NCBI GenBank assembly: GCA_964016885.1
Contig: OZ024745.1
Coordinates: 59,706,001-59,770,000, forward strand
Reading direction: 5' to 3'
Origin: Eledone cirrhosa
Lineage: Eukaryota
Length of the DNA stretch: 64,000 bases
Shown in pieces: positions 29,201 to 42,324 of this stretch (the first letter of the stretch is position 1; every line of letters starts with the position of its first letter). Position numbers and translations under genes: made by a program. The notes under the pieces were generated by a model. That model did not search any database. It worked only from the letters and a program-made list of their open reading frames with translations, and had not been told where the DNA came from.

Positions 29201-31899
29201 AAAACCTCGACTTGGAGTGAAAACCTCGACTTGGAGTGAGAACCTCGACTTGGAGTGAAAATCTCGACTTGGAGTGAGAACCTCGACTTGGAGTGAAAAT
29301 CTCGACTTGGAGTGAGAACCTCGACTTGGAGTGAAAATTTCGACTTGGAGTGAAAACCTCGACTTGGAGTGAGAACCTCGACTTGGAGTGAGAACCTCGA
29401 CTTGGAGTGAAAACCTCGACTTGGAGTGAGAACCTCGACTTGGAGTGAAAACCTCGACTTGGAGTGAGAACCTCGACTTGGAGTGAAAACCTCGACTTGG
29501 AGTGAGAACCTCGACTTGGAGTGAGAACCTCGACTTGGAGTGAAAACCTCGACTTGGAGTGAGAACCTCGACTTGGAGTGAAAACCTCGACTTGGAGTGA
29601 GAACCTCGCCTTGGAGTGAAAACCTCGACTTGGAGTGAGAACCTCGACTTGGAGTGAGAACCTCGATTTGGAGTGAGAACCTCGACTTGGAGTGAAAACC
29701 TCGACTTGGAGTGAAAACCTCGATTTGGAGTGAAAACCTAGACTTGGAGTGAAAACCTCGATTTGGAGTGAAAACCTCGACTTGGAGTGAGAACCTCGAC
29801 TTGGAGTGAGAACCTCGACTTGGAGTGAAAACCTCGACTTGGAGTGAGAACCTCGACTTGGAGTGAGAACCTCGACTTGGAGTGAGAACCTCGACTTGGA
29901 GTGAAAACCTCGACTTGGAGTGAGAACCTCGACTTGGAGTGAAAACCTCGACTTGGAGTGAGAACCTCGCCTTGGAGTGAAAACCTCGACTTGGAGTGAA
30001 AACTTCGACTTGGAGTGAGAACCTCGACTTGGAGTGAAAACCTCGACTTGGAGTGAGAACCTCGACCTGGAGTGAAAACCTCGACTTGGAGTGAGAACCT
30101 CGACTTGGAGTGAGAACCTCGACTTGGAGTGAAAACCTCGACTTGGAGTGAAAACCTCGACTTGGAGTGAAAACCTCGACTTGGAGTGAGAACCTCGACT
30201 TGGAGTGAGAACCTCGATTTGGAGTGAGAACCTCGACTTGGAGTGAAAACCTCGATTTGGAGTGAGAATCTCGACTTGGAGTGAAAACCTCGATTTGGAG
30301 TGAAAACCTCGACTTGGAGTGAAAACCTCGACTTGGAGTGAGAACCTCGACTTGGAGTGAGAACCTCGACTTGGAGTGAGAACCTCGACTTGGAGTGAGA
30401 ACCTCGACTTGGAGTGAGAACCGCGACTTGGAGTGAAAACCTCGACTTGGAGTGAGAACCTCGATTTGGAGTGAAAACCTCGATTTGGAGTGAAAACCTC
30501 GACTTGGAGTGAGAACCTCGATTTGGAGTGAAAACCTCGACTTGGAGTGAAAACCTCGACTTGGAGGGAGAACCTCGCCTTGGAGTGAAAACCTCGACTT
30601 TGAGTGAGAACCTCGATTGGAGTGAAAACCTCGACTTGGAGTGAAAACCTCGACTTGGAGTGAGAACCTCGACTTGGAGTGAAAACCTCGACTTGGAGTG
30701 AGAACCTCGACTTGGAGTGAAAACCTCGACTTGGAGTGAAAACCTCGACTTGGAGTGAAAACCTCGACTTGGAGTGAAAACCTCTACTTGGAGTGAGAAC
30801 CTCGACTTGGAGTGAGAACCTCGACTTGGAGTGAGAACCTCGACTTGGAGTGAGAACCTCGACTTGGAGTGAAAACCTCGACTTGGAGTGAGAACCTCGA
30901 CTTGGAGTGAAAACCTCGACTTGGAGTGAAAACCTCGACTTGGAGTGAGAACCTCGACTTGGAGTGAAAACCTCGACTTGGAGTGAGAACCTCGCCTTGG
31001 AGTGAAAACCTCGACTTGGAGTGAAAACCTCGACTTGGAGTGAGAACCTCGATTTGGAGTGAGAACCTCGACTTGGAGTGAAAACCTCGATTTGGAGTGA
31101 AAACATCGACTTGGAGTGAAAACCTAGACTTGGAGTGAAAACCTCGACTTGGAGTGAAAACCTAGACTTGGAGTGAAAACCTCGATTTGGAGTGAAAACC
31201 TCGACTTGGAGTGAGAACCTCGACTTGGAGTGAGAACCTCGACTTGGAGTGAAAACCTCGACTTGGAGTGAGAACCTCGACTTGGAGTGAGAACCTCGAC
31301 TTGGAGTGAGAACCTCGACTTGGAGTGAGAACCTCGCCTTGGAGTGAAAACCTCGACTTGGAGTGAAAACTTCGACTTGGAGTGAGAACCTCGACTTGGA
31401 GTGAAAACCTCGACTTGGAGTGAAAACTTCGACTTGGAGTGAGAACCTCGACTTGGAGTGAAAACCTCGACTTGGAGTGAGAACCTCGACCTGGAGTGAA
31501 AACCTCGACTTGGAGTGAAAACCTCGACTTGGAGTGAAAACCTCGACTTGGAGTGAAAACCTCGACTTGGAGTGAAAACCTCGACTTGGAGTGAAAACCT
31601 CGACTTGGAGTGAAAACCTCGACTTGGAGTGAGAACCTCGACTTGGAGTGAGAACCTCGATTTGGAGTGAGAACCTCGACTTGGAGTGAAAACCTCGATT
31701 TGGAGTGAGAATCTCGACTTGGAGTGAAAACCTCGATTTGGAGTGAAAACCTCGACTTGGAGTGAAAACCTCGACTTGGAGTGAGAACCTCGACTTGGAG
31801 TGAGAACCTCGACTTGGAGTGAGAACCTCGACTTGGAGTGAGAACCTCGACTTGGAGTGAGAACCGCGACTTGGAGTGAAAACCTCGACTTGGAGTGAG

Positions 31900-34800
31900 A
31901 ACCTCGACTTGGAGTGAAAACCTCGACTTGGAGTGAAAACCTCGGCTTGGAGTGAAAACCTCGACTTGGAGTGAAAACCTCGACTTGGAGTGAAAACCTC
32001 GACTTGGAGTGAGAACCTCGAGTTGGAGTGAGAACCTCGACTTGGAGTGAGAACCTCGACTTGGAGTGAAAACCTCGACATGGAGTGAGAACCTCGACTT
32101 GGAGTGAAAACCTCGACTTGGAGTGAAAACCTCGACTTGGAGTGAAAACCTCGGCTTGGAGTGAAAACCTCGACTTGGAGTGAAAACCTCGACTTGGAGT
32201 GAAAACCTCGACTTGGAGTGAGAACCTCGAGTTGGAGTGAGAACCTCGACTTGGAGTGAGAACCTCGACTTGGAGTGAAAACCTCGACATGGAGTGAGAA
32301 CCTCGACTTGGAGTGAAAACCTCGACATGGAGTGAAAACCGCGACTTGGAGTGAGAACCTCGTCTTGGAGTGAAAACCTCGACTTGGAGTGAAAACCTCG
32401 ACTTGGAGTGAGAACCTCGACTTGGAGTGAAAACCTCGACTTGGAGTGAGAACCTCGCCTTGGAGTGAAAACCTCGACTTTGAGTGAGAACCTCGATTGG
32501 ACTGAAAACCTCGACTTGGAGTGAAAACCTCGACTTGGAGTGAGAACCTCGACTTGGAGTGAAAACCTCGACTTGGAGTGAGAACCTCGACTTGGAGTGA
32601 AAACCTCGACTTGGAGTGAAAACCTCGACTTGGAGTGAAAACCTCGACTTGGAGTGAAAACCTCGACTTGGAGTGAAAACCTCGACTTGGAGTGAGAACC
32701 TCGACTTGGAGTGAAAACCTCGACTTGGAGTGAGAACCTCGACTTGGAGTGAGAACCTCGATTTGGAGTGAAAACCTCGACTTGGAGTGAAAACCTCGAC
32801 TTGGAGTGAGAACCTCGACTTGGAGTGAAAACCTCGACTTGGAGGGAGAACCTCGCCTTGGAGTGAAAACCTCGACTTTGAGTGAGAACCTCGATTGGAG
32901 TGAAAACCTCGACTTGGAGTGAAAACCTCGACTTGGAGTGAGAACCTCGACTTGGAGTGAAAATCTCGACTTGGAGTGAGAACCTCGACTTGGAGTGAAA
33001 ACCTCGACTTGGAGTGAAAACCTCGACTTGGAGTGAAAACCTCGACTTGGAGTGAAAACCTCGACTTGGAGTGAGAACCTCGACTTGGAGTGAGAACCTC
33101 GACTTGGAGTGAAAACCTCGACTTGGAGTGAGAACCTCGACTTGGAGTGAAAACCTCGACTTGGAGTGAGAACCTCGACTTGGAGTGAAAACCTCGACTT
33201 GGAGTGAAAACCTCGACTTGGAGTGAGAACCTCGACTTGGAGTGAAAACCTCGACTTGGAGTGAGAACCTCGCCTTGGAGTGAAAACCTCGACTTGGAGT
33301 GAGAACCTCGACTTGGAGTGAGAACCTCGATTTGGAGTGAGAACCTCGACTTGGAGTGAAAACCTCGACTTGGAGTGAAAACCTCGACTTGGAGTGAAAA
33401 CCTAGACTTGGAGTGAAAACCTCGATTTGGAGTGAAAACCTAGACTTGGAGTGAAAACCTCGATTTGGAGTGAAAACCTCGACTTGGAGTGAGAACCTCG
33501 ACTTGGAGTGAGAACCTCGACTTGGAGTGAAAACCTCGACTTGGAGTGAGAACCTCGACTTGGAGTGAGAACCTCGACTTGGAGTGAGAACCTCGACTTG
33601 GAGTGAAAACCTCGACTTGGAGTGAGAACCTCGACTTGGAGTGAAAACCTCGACTTGGAGTGAGAACCTCGCCTTGGAGTGAAAACCTCGACTTGGAGTG
33701 AAAACTTCGACTTGGAGTGAGAACCTCGACTTGGAGTGAAAACCTCGACTTGGAGTGAGAACCTCGACCTGGAGTGAAAACCTCGACTTGGAGTGAGAAC
33801 CTCGACTTGGAGTGAGAACCTCGACTTGGAGTGAAAACCTCGACTTGGAGTGAAAACCTCGACTTGGAGTGAAAACCTCGACTTGGAGTGAGAACCTCGA
33901 CTTGGAGTGAGAACCTCGATTTGGAGTGAGAACCTCGACTTGGAGTGAAAACCTCGATTTGGAGTGAGAATCTCGACTTGGAGTGAAAACCTCGATTTGG
34001 AGTGAAAACCTCGACTTGGAGTGAAAACCTCGACTTGGAGTGAGAACCTCGACTTGGAGTGAGAACCTCGACTTGGAGTGAGAACCTCGACTTGGAGTGA
34101 GAACCTCGACTTGGAGTGAGAACCGCGACTTGGAGTGAAAACCTCGACTTGGAGTGAGAACCTCGACTTGGAGTGAAAACCTCGACTTGGAGTGAAAACC
34201 TCGACTTGGAGTGAAAACCTCGACTTGGAGTGAAAACCTCGGCTTGGAGTGAAAACCTCGACTTGGAGTGAAAACCTCGACTTGGAGTGAAAACCTCGAC
34301 TTGGAGTGAGAACCTCGAGTTGGAGTGAGAACCTCGACTTGGAGTGAGAACCTCGACTTGGAGTGAAAACCTCGACATGGAGTGAGAACCTCGACTTGGA
34401 GTGAAAACCTCGACATGGAGTGAAAACCGCGACTTGGAGTGAGAACCTCGTCTTGGAGTGAAAACCTCGACTTGGAGTGAAAACCTCGACTTGGAGTGAG
34501 AACCTCGACTTGGAGTGAAAACCTCGACTTGCAGTGAGAACCTCGCCTTGGAGTGAAAACCTCGACTTTGAGTGAGAACCTCGATTGGAGTGAAAACCTC
34601 GACATGGAGTGAAAACCGCGACTTGGAGTGAAAACCTCGACTTGGAGTGAGAACCTCGACTTGGAGTGAAAACCTCGACATGGAGTGAAAACCGCGACTT
34701 GGAGTGAAAACCTCGACTTGGAGTGAGAACCTCGACTTGGAGTGAAAACCTCGACTTGGAGTGAGAACCTCGACTTGGAGTGAAAACCTCGACTTGGAGT

Positions 34801-37800
34801 GAAAACCTCGACTTGGAGTGAAAACCTCGACTTGGAGTGAAAACCTCTACTTGGAGTGAGAACCTCGACTTGGAGTGAGAACCTCGACTTGGAGTGAAAA
34901 CCTCGACTTGGAGTGAGAACCTCGACTTGGAGTGAAAACCTCGACTTGGAGTGAGAACCTCGACTTGGAGTGAAAACCTCGACTTGGAGTGAAAACCTCG
35001 ACTTGGAGTGAGAACCTCGACTTGGAGTGAAAACCTCGACATGGAGTGAGAACCTCGCCTTGGAGTGAAAACCTCGACTTGGAGTGAGAACCTCGACTTG
35101 GAGTGAGAACCTCGATTTGGAGTGAGAACCTCGACTTGGAGTGAAAACCTCGACTTGGAGTGAAAACCTCGACTTGGAGTGAAAACCTAGACTTGGAGTG
35201 AAAACCTCGATTTGGAGTGAAAACCTAGACTTGGAGTGAAAACCTCGATTTGGAGTGAAAACCTCGACTTGGAGTGAGAACCTCGACTTGGAGTGAGAAC
35301 CTCGACTTGGAGTGAAAACCTCGACTTGGAGTGAGAACCTCGACTTGGAGTGAGAACCTCGACTTGGAGTGAGAACCTCGACTTGGAGTGAAAACCTCGA
35401 CTTGGAGTGAGAACCTCGACTTGGAGTGAAAACCTCGACTTGGAGTGAGAACCTCGCCTTGGAGTGAAAACCTCGACTTGGAGTGAAAACTTCGACTTGG
35501 AGTGAGAACCTCGACTTGGAGTGAAAACCTCGACTTGGAGTGAGAACCTCGACCTGGAGTGAAAACCTCGACTTGGAGTGAGAACCTCGACTTGGAGTGA
35601 GAACCTCGACTTGGAGTGAAAACCTCGACTTGGAGTGAAAACCTCGACTTGGAGTGAAAACCTCGACTTGGAGTGAGAACCTCGACTTGGAGTGAGAACC
35701 TCGATTTGGAGTGAGAACCTCGACTTGGAGTGAAAACCTCGATTTGGAGTGAGAATCTCTACTTGGAGTGAAAACCTCGATTTGGAGTGAAAACCTCGAC
35801 TTGGAGTGAAAACCTCGACTTGGAGTGAGAACCTCGACTTGGAGTGAGAACCTCGACTTGGAGTGAGAACCTCGACTTGGAGTGAGAACCTCGACTTGGA
35901 GTGAGAACCGCGACTTGGAGTGAAAACCTCGACTTGGAGTGAGAACCTCGACTTGGAGTGAAAACCTCGACTTGGAGTGAAAACCTCGACTTGGAGTGAA
36001 AACCTCGACTTGGAGTGAAAACCTCGGCTTGGAGTGAAAACCTCGACTTGGAGTGAAAACCTCGACTTGGAGTGAAAACCTCGACTTGGAGTGAGAACCT
36101 CGAGTTGGAGTGAGAACCTCGACTTGGAGTGAGAACCTCGACTTGGAGTGAAAACCTCGACATGGAGTGAGAACCTCGACTTGGAGTGAAAACCTCGACT
36201 TGGAGTGAAAACCTCGACTTGGAGTGAAAACCTCGGCTTGGAGTGAAAACCTCGACTTGGAGTGAAAACCTCGACTTGGAGTGAAAACCTCGACTTGGAG
36301 TGAGAACCTCGAGTTGGAGTGAGAACCTCGACTTGGAGTGAGAACCTCGACTTGGAGTGAAAACCTCGACATGGAGTGAGAACCTCGACTTGGAGTGAAA
36401 ACCTCGACATGGAGTGAAAACCGCGACTTGGAGTGAGAACCTCGTCTTGGAGTGAAAACCTCGACTTGGAGTGAAAACCTCGACTTGGAGTGAGAACCTC
36501 GACTTGGAGTGAAAACCTCGACTTGGAGTGAGAACCTCGCCTTGGAGTGAAAACCTCGACTTTGAGTGAGAACCTCGATTGGAGTGAAAACCTCGACTTG
36601 GAGTGAAAACCTCGACTTGGAGTGAGAACCTCGACTTGGAGTGAAAACCTCGACTTGGAGTGAGAACCTCGACTTGGAGTGAAAACCTCGACTTGGAGTG
36701 AAAACCTCGACTTGGAGTGAAAACCTCGACTTGGAGTGAAAACCTCGACTTGGAGTGAAAACCTCGACTTGGAGTGAGAACCTCGACTTGGAGTGAAAAC
36801 CTCGACTTGGAGTGAGAACCTCGACTTGGAGTGAGAACCTCGATTTGGAGTGAAAACCTCGACTTGGAGTGAAAACCTCGACTTGGAGTGAGAACCTCGA
36901 CTTGGAGTGAAAACCTCGACTTGGAGGGAGAACCTCGCCTTGGAGTGAAAACCTCGACTTTGAGTGAGAACCTCGATTGGAGTGAAAACCTCGACTTGGA
37001 GTGAAAACCTCGACTTGGAGTGAGAACCTCGACTTGGAGTGAAAATCTCGACTTGGAGTGAGAACCTCGACTTGGAGTGAAAACCTCGACTTGGAGTGAA
37101 AACCTCGACTTGGAGTGAAAACCTCGACTTGGAGTGAAAACCTCGACTTGGAGTGAGAACCTCGACTTGGAGTGAGAACCTCGACTTGGAGTGAAAACCT
37201 CGACTTGGAGTGAGAACCTCGACTTGGAGTGAAAACCTCGACTTGGAGTGAGAACCTCGACTTGGAGTGAAAACCTCGACTTGGAGTGAAAACCTCGACT
37301 TGGAGTGAGAACCTCGACTTGGAGTGAAAACCTCGACTTGGAGTGAGAACCTCGCCTTGGAGTGAAAACCTCGACTTGGAGTGAGAACCTCGACTTGGAG
37401 TGAGAACCTCGATTTGGAGTGAGAACCTCGACTTGGAGTGAAAACCTCGACTTGGAGTGAAAACCTCGACTTGGAGTGAAAACCTAGACTTGGAGTGAAA
37501 ACCTCGATTTGGAGTGAAAACCTAGACTTGGAGTGAAAACCTCGATTTGGAGTGAAAACCTCGACTTGGAGTGAGAACCTCGACTTGGAGTGAGAACCTC
37601 GACTTGGAGTGAAAACCTCGACTTGGAGTGAGAACCTCGACTTGGAGTGAGAACCTCGACTTGGAGTGAGAACCTCGACTTGGAGTGAAAACCTCGACTT
37701 GGAGTGAGAACCTCGACTTGGAGTGAAAACCTCGACTTGGAGTGAGAACCTCGCCTTGGAGTGAAAACCTCGACTTGGAGTGAAAACTTCGACTTGGAGT

Positions 37801-38680
37801 GAGAACCTCGACTTGGAGTGAAAACCTCGACTTGGAGTGAGAAACTCGACCTGGAGTGAAAACCTCGACTTGGAGTGAGAACCTCGACTTGGAGTGAGAA
37901 CCTCGACTTGGAGTGAAAACCTCGACTTGGAGTGAAAACCTCGACTTGGAGTGAAAACCTCGACTTGGAGTGAGAACCTCGACTTGGAGTGAGAACCTCG
38001 ATTTGGAGTGAGAACCTCGACTTGGAGTGAAAACCTCGATTTGGAGTGAGAATCTCGACTTGGAGTGAAAACCTCGATTTGGAGTGAAAACCTCGACTTG
38101 GAGTGAAAACCTCGACTTGGAGTGAGAACCTCGACTTGGAGTGAGAACCTCGACTTGGAGTGAGAACCTCGACTTGGAGTGAGAACCTCGACTTGGAGTG
38201 AGAACCGCGACTTGGAGTGAAAACCTCGACTTGGAGTGAGAACCTCGACTTGGAGTGAAAACCTCGACTTGGAGTGAAAACCTCGACTTGGAGTGAAAAC
38301 CTCGACTTGGAGTGAAAACCTCGGCTTGGAGTGAAAACCTCGACTTGGAGTGAAAACCTCGACTTGGAGTGAAAACCTCGACTTGGAGTGAGAACCTCGA
38401 GTTGGAGTGAGAACCTCGACTTGGAGTGAGAACCTCGACTTGGAGTGAAAACCTCGACATGGAGTGAGAACCTCGACTTGGAGTGAAAACCTCGACATGG
38501 AGTGAAAACCGCGACTTGGAGTGAGAACCTCGTCTTGGAGTGAAAACCTCGACTTGGAGTGAAAACCTCGACTTGGAGTGAGAACCTCGACTTGGAGTGA
38601 AAACCTCGACTTGCAGTGAGAACCTCGCCTTGGAGTGAAAACCTCGACTTTGAGTGAGAACCTCGATTGGAGTGAAAACC
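31900..38680. repeat. Segmental duplication, offset 4082 bp, spanning two HOR units
   Basis: Shared markers: 209-bp internal repeat (GACAT at 32081/32290 vs 36163/36372), GAAAATCTCG ~32960/37042, CTAGAC 33402/37484, TTGCAGTG ~34530/38612. Ends are approximate. Confidence 0.8.
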
Positions 38681-41600
38681 TCGACTTGGAGTGAAAACCT
38701 CGACTTGGAGTGAGAACCTCGACTTGGAGTGAAAACCTCGACTTGGAGTGAGAACCTCGACTTGGAGTGAAAACCTCGACTTGGAGTGAAAACCTCGACT
38801 TGGAGTGAAAACCTCGACTTGGAGTGAAAACCTCGACTTGGAGTGAAAACCTCGACTTGGAGTGAGAACCTCGACTTGGAGTGAAAACCTCGACTTGGAG
38901 TGAGAACCTCGACTTGGAGTGAGAACCTCGATTTGGAGTGAAAACCTCGACTTGGAGTGAAAACCTCGACTTGGAGTGAGAACCTCGACTTGGAGTGAAA
39001 ACCTCGACTTGGAGGGAGAACCTCGCCTTGGAGTGAAAACCTCGACTTTGAGTGAGAACCTCGATTGGAGTGAAAACCTCGACTTGGAGTGAAAACCTCG
39101 ACTTGGAGTGAGAACCTCGACTTGGAGTGAAAACCTCGACTTGGAGTGAGAACCTCGACTTGGAGTGAAAACCTCGACTTGGAGTGAAAACCTCGACTTG
39201 GAGTGAAAACCTCGACTTGGAGTGAAAACATCGACTTGGAGTGAGAACCTCGACTTGGAGTGAGAACCTTGACTTGGAGTGAAAACCTCGACTTGGAGTG
39301 AGAACCTCGACTTGGAGTGAAAACCTCGACTTGGAGTGAGAACCTCGACTTGGAGTGAAAACCTCGACTTGGAGTGAAAACCTCGACTTGGAGTGAGAAC
39401 CTCGACTTGGAGTGAAAACCTCGACTTGGAGTGAGAACCTCGCCTTGGAGTGAAAACCTCGACTTGGAGTGAGAACCTCGACTTGGAGTGAGAACCTCGA
39501 TTTGGAGTGAGGAGTGAGAACCTCGATTTGGAGTGAGGAGTGAGAACCTCGATTTGGAGTGAGAACCTCGACTTGGAGTGAAAACCTAGACTTGGAGTGA
39601 AAACCTCGACTTGGAGTGAAAACCTAGACTTGGAGTGAAAACCTCGATTTGGAGTGAAAACCTAGACTTGGAGTGAAAACCTCGATTTGGAGTGAAAACC
39701 TCGACTTGGAGTGAGAACCTCGACTTGGAGTGAGAACCTCGACTTGGAGTGAAAACCTCGACTTGGAGTGAGAACCTCGACTTGGAGTGAGAACCTCGAC
39801 TTGGAGTGAGAACCTCGACTTGGAGTGAAAACCTCGACTTGGAGTGAGAACCTCGACTTGGAGTGAAAACCTCGACTTGGAGTGAGAACCTCGCCTTGGA
39901 GTGAAAACCTCGACTTGGAGTGAAAACTTCGACTTGGAGTGAGAACCTCGACTTGGAGTGAAAACCTCGACTTGGAGTGAGAACCTCGACCTGGAGTGAA
40001 AACCTCGACTTGGAGTGAGAACCTCGACTTGGAGTGAGAACCTCGACTTGGAGTGAAAACCTCGACTTGGAGTGAAAACCTCGACTTGGAGTGAAAACCT
40101 CGACTTGGAGTGAGAACCTCGACTTGGAGTGAGAACCTCGATTTGGAGTGAGAACCTCGACTTGGAGTGAAAACCTCGATTTGGAGTGAGAATCTCGACT
40201 TGGAGTGAAAACCTCGATTTGGAGTGAAAACCTCGACTTGGAGTGAAAACCTCGACTTGGAGTGAGAACCTCGACTTGGAGTGAGAACCTCGACTTGGAG
40301 TGAGAACCTCGACTTGGAGTGAGAACCTCGACTTGGAGTGAGAACCGCGACTTGGAGTGAAAACCTCGACTTGGAGTGAGAACCTCGACTTGGAGTGAGA
40401 ACCTCGACTTGGAGTGAGAACCTCGACTTGGAGTGAAAACCTCGACTTGGAGTGAAAACCTCGACTTGGAGTGAAAACCTCGACTTGGAGTGAAAACCTC
40501 GACTTGGAGTGAAAATCTCGACTTGGAGTGAGAACCTCGACTTGGAGTGAGAACCTCGACTTGGAGTGAAAACCTCGACTTGGAGTGACAACCTCGACTT
40601 GGAGTGAAAACCTCGACTTGGAGTGAGAACCTCGACTTGGAGTGAGAACCTCGACTTGGAGTGAGAACCTCGACTTGGAGTGAGAACCTCGACTTGGAGT
40701 GAGAACCTCGACTTGGAGTGAAAACCTCGACTTGGAGTGAGAACCTCGACTTGGGGTGAAAACCTCGACTTGGAGTGAGAACCTCGACTTGGAGTGAGAA
40801 CCTCGACTTGGGGTGAAAACCTCGACTTGGGGTGAAAACCTCGACTTGGAGTGAAAACCTCGACTTGGAGTGAGAACCTCGACTTGGAGTGAAAACCTCG
40901 ACTTGGAGTGAGAACCTCGACTTGGAGTGAGAACCTCGACTTGGAGTGAGAACCTCGACTTGGAGTGAAAACCTCGACTTGGAGTGAAAACCTCGACTTG
41001 GAGTGAAAACCTCGACTTGGAGTGAAAACCTCGACTTGGAGTGAAAACCTCGACTTGGAGTGAAAACCTCGACTAGGAGTGAAAACCTCGACTTGGAGTG
41101 AGAACCTCGACTTGGAGTGAAAACCTCGATTTGGAGTGAAAACCTCGACTTGGAGTGAAAACCTCGACTTGGAGTGAGAACCTCGACTTGGAGTGAGAAC
41201 CTCGACTTGGAGTGAAAACCTCGACATGGAGTGAAAACCTCGACTTGGAGTGAGAACCTCGACTTGGAGTGAAAACCTCGACTTGGAGTGAAAACCTCGA
41301 CTTGGAGTGAAAACCTCGACTTGGAGTGAAAACCTCGACATGGAGTGAAAACCTCGACTTGGAGTGAAAACCTCGACTTGGAGTGAGAACCTCGACTTGG
41401 AGTGAGAACCTCGACTTGGAGTGAAAACCTCGACTTGGAGTGAAAACCTCGACTTGGAGTAAGAACCTCGACTTGGAGTGAAAACCTCGACTTGGAGTGA
41501 AAACCTCGACTTGGAGTGAGAACCTCGACTTGGAGTGAGAACCTCGACTTGGAGTGAAAACCTCGACTTGGAGTGAAAACCTCGACTTGGAGTGAAAACC

Positions 41601-42324
41601 TCGACTTGAAGTGAAAACCTCGACTTGGAGTGAGAACTTCGACTTGGAGTGACAACCTCGACTTGGAGTGACAACCTCGACTTGGAGTGAAAACCTCGAC
41701 TTGGAGTGAGAACCACGACTTGGAGTGAAAACCTCGACTTGGAGTGAGAACCTCGACTTGGAGTGAAAACCTCGACTTGGAGTGAAAAGCTCGACTTGGA
41801 ATGAGAACCTCGACTTGGAGTGAGAACCTCGACTTGGAATGAGAACCTCGACTTGGAGTGAGAACCTCGACTTGGAGTGAGAACCTCGACTTGGAGTGTA
41901 AACTGCGACTCTGAGTGAAAACCTCGACTTGGAGTGAGAACCTCGACTTGGAGTGAAAACCTAGACTTGGAGTGAGAACCTCGACTTGGAGTGAAAACCT
42001 CGACTTGGAGTGAGAACCTCGACTTGGAGTGAAAACCTCGACTTGGAGTGAAAACCTCGACTTGGAGTGAAAACCTCGACTTGGAGTCAGAACCTCGGCT
42101 TGGAGTCAGAACCTCGACTTGGAGTGAAAACCTCGACTTGGAGTGAAAACCTCGACTTGGAGTGAAAACCTCGACTTGGAGTGAGAACCTCGACTTGGAG
42201 TGAGAACCTCGACTTGGAGTGAAAACCTCGACTTGGAGTGAGAACCTCTACTTGGAGTGAAAACCTCGACTTGAAGTGTAAACTGCGACTTGGAGTGAGA
42301 ACCTCGACTTGGAGTGAAAACCTC

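Larger units (their letters stand above)
3480..40400. repeat. HOR domain, unit ~1.4-2.4 kb, defined by an ordered series of variant monomers
   Basis: Recurring order, clearest from ~20.9 kb: CTAGAC/GATTT/CTAGAC, GCC, AAACTTCG, GACCTGG, GAATCTCG, GAACCGCG, CGGCTT, CGAGTT, GACATGG x2, AAACCGCG, CGTCTT, GCC/TTTGAG/18-bp GATTGG. CTAGAC markers at ~6325, 9039, 12642, 15373, 18485, 20972, 23363, 25678, 28106, 29738, 31162, 33440, 35225, 37522, 39662. Confidence 0.85.
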
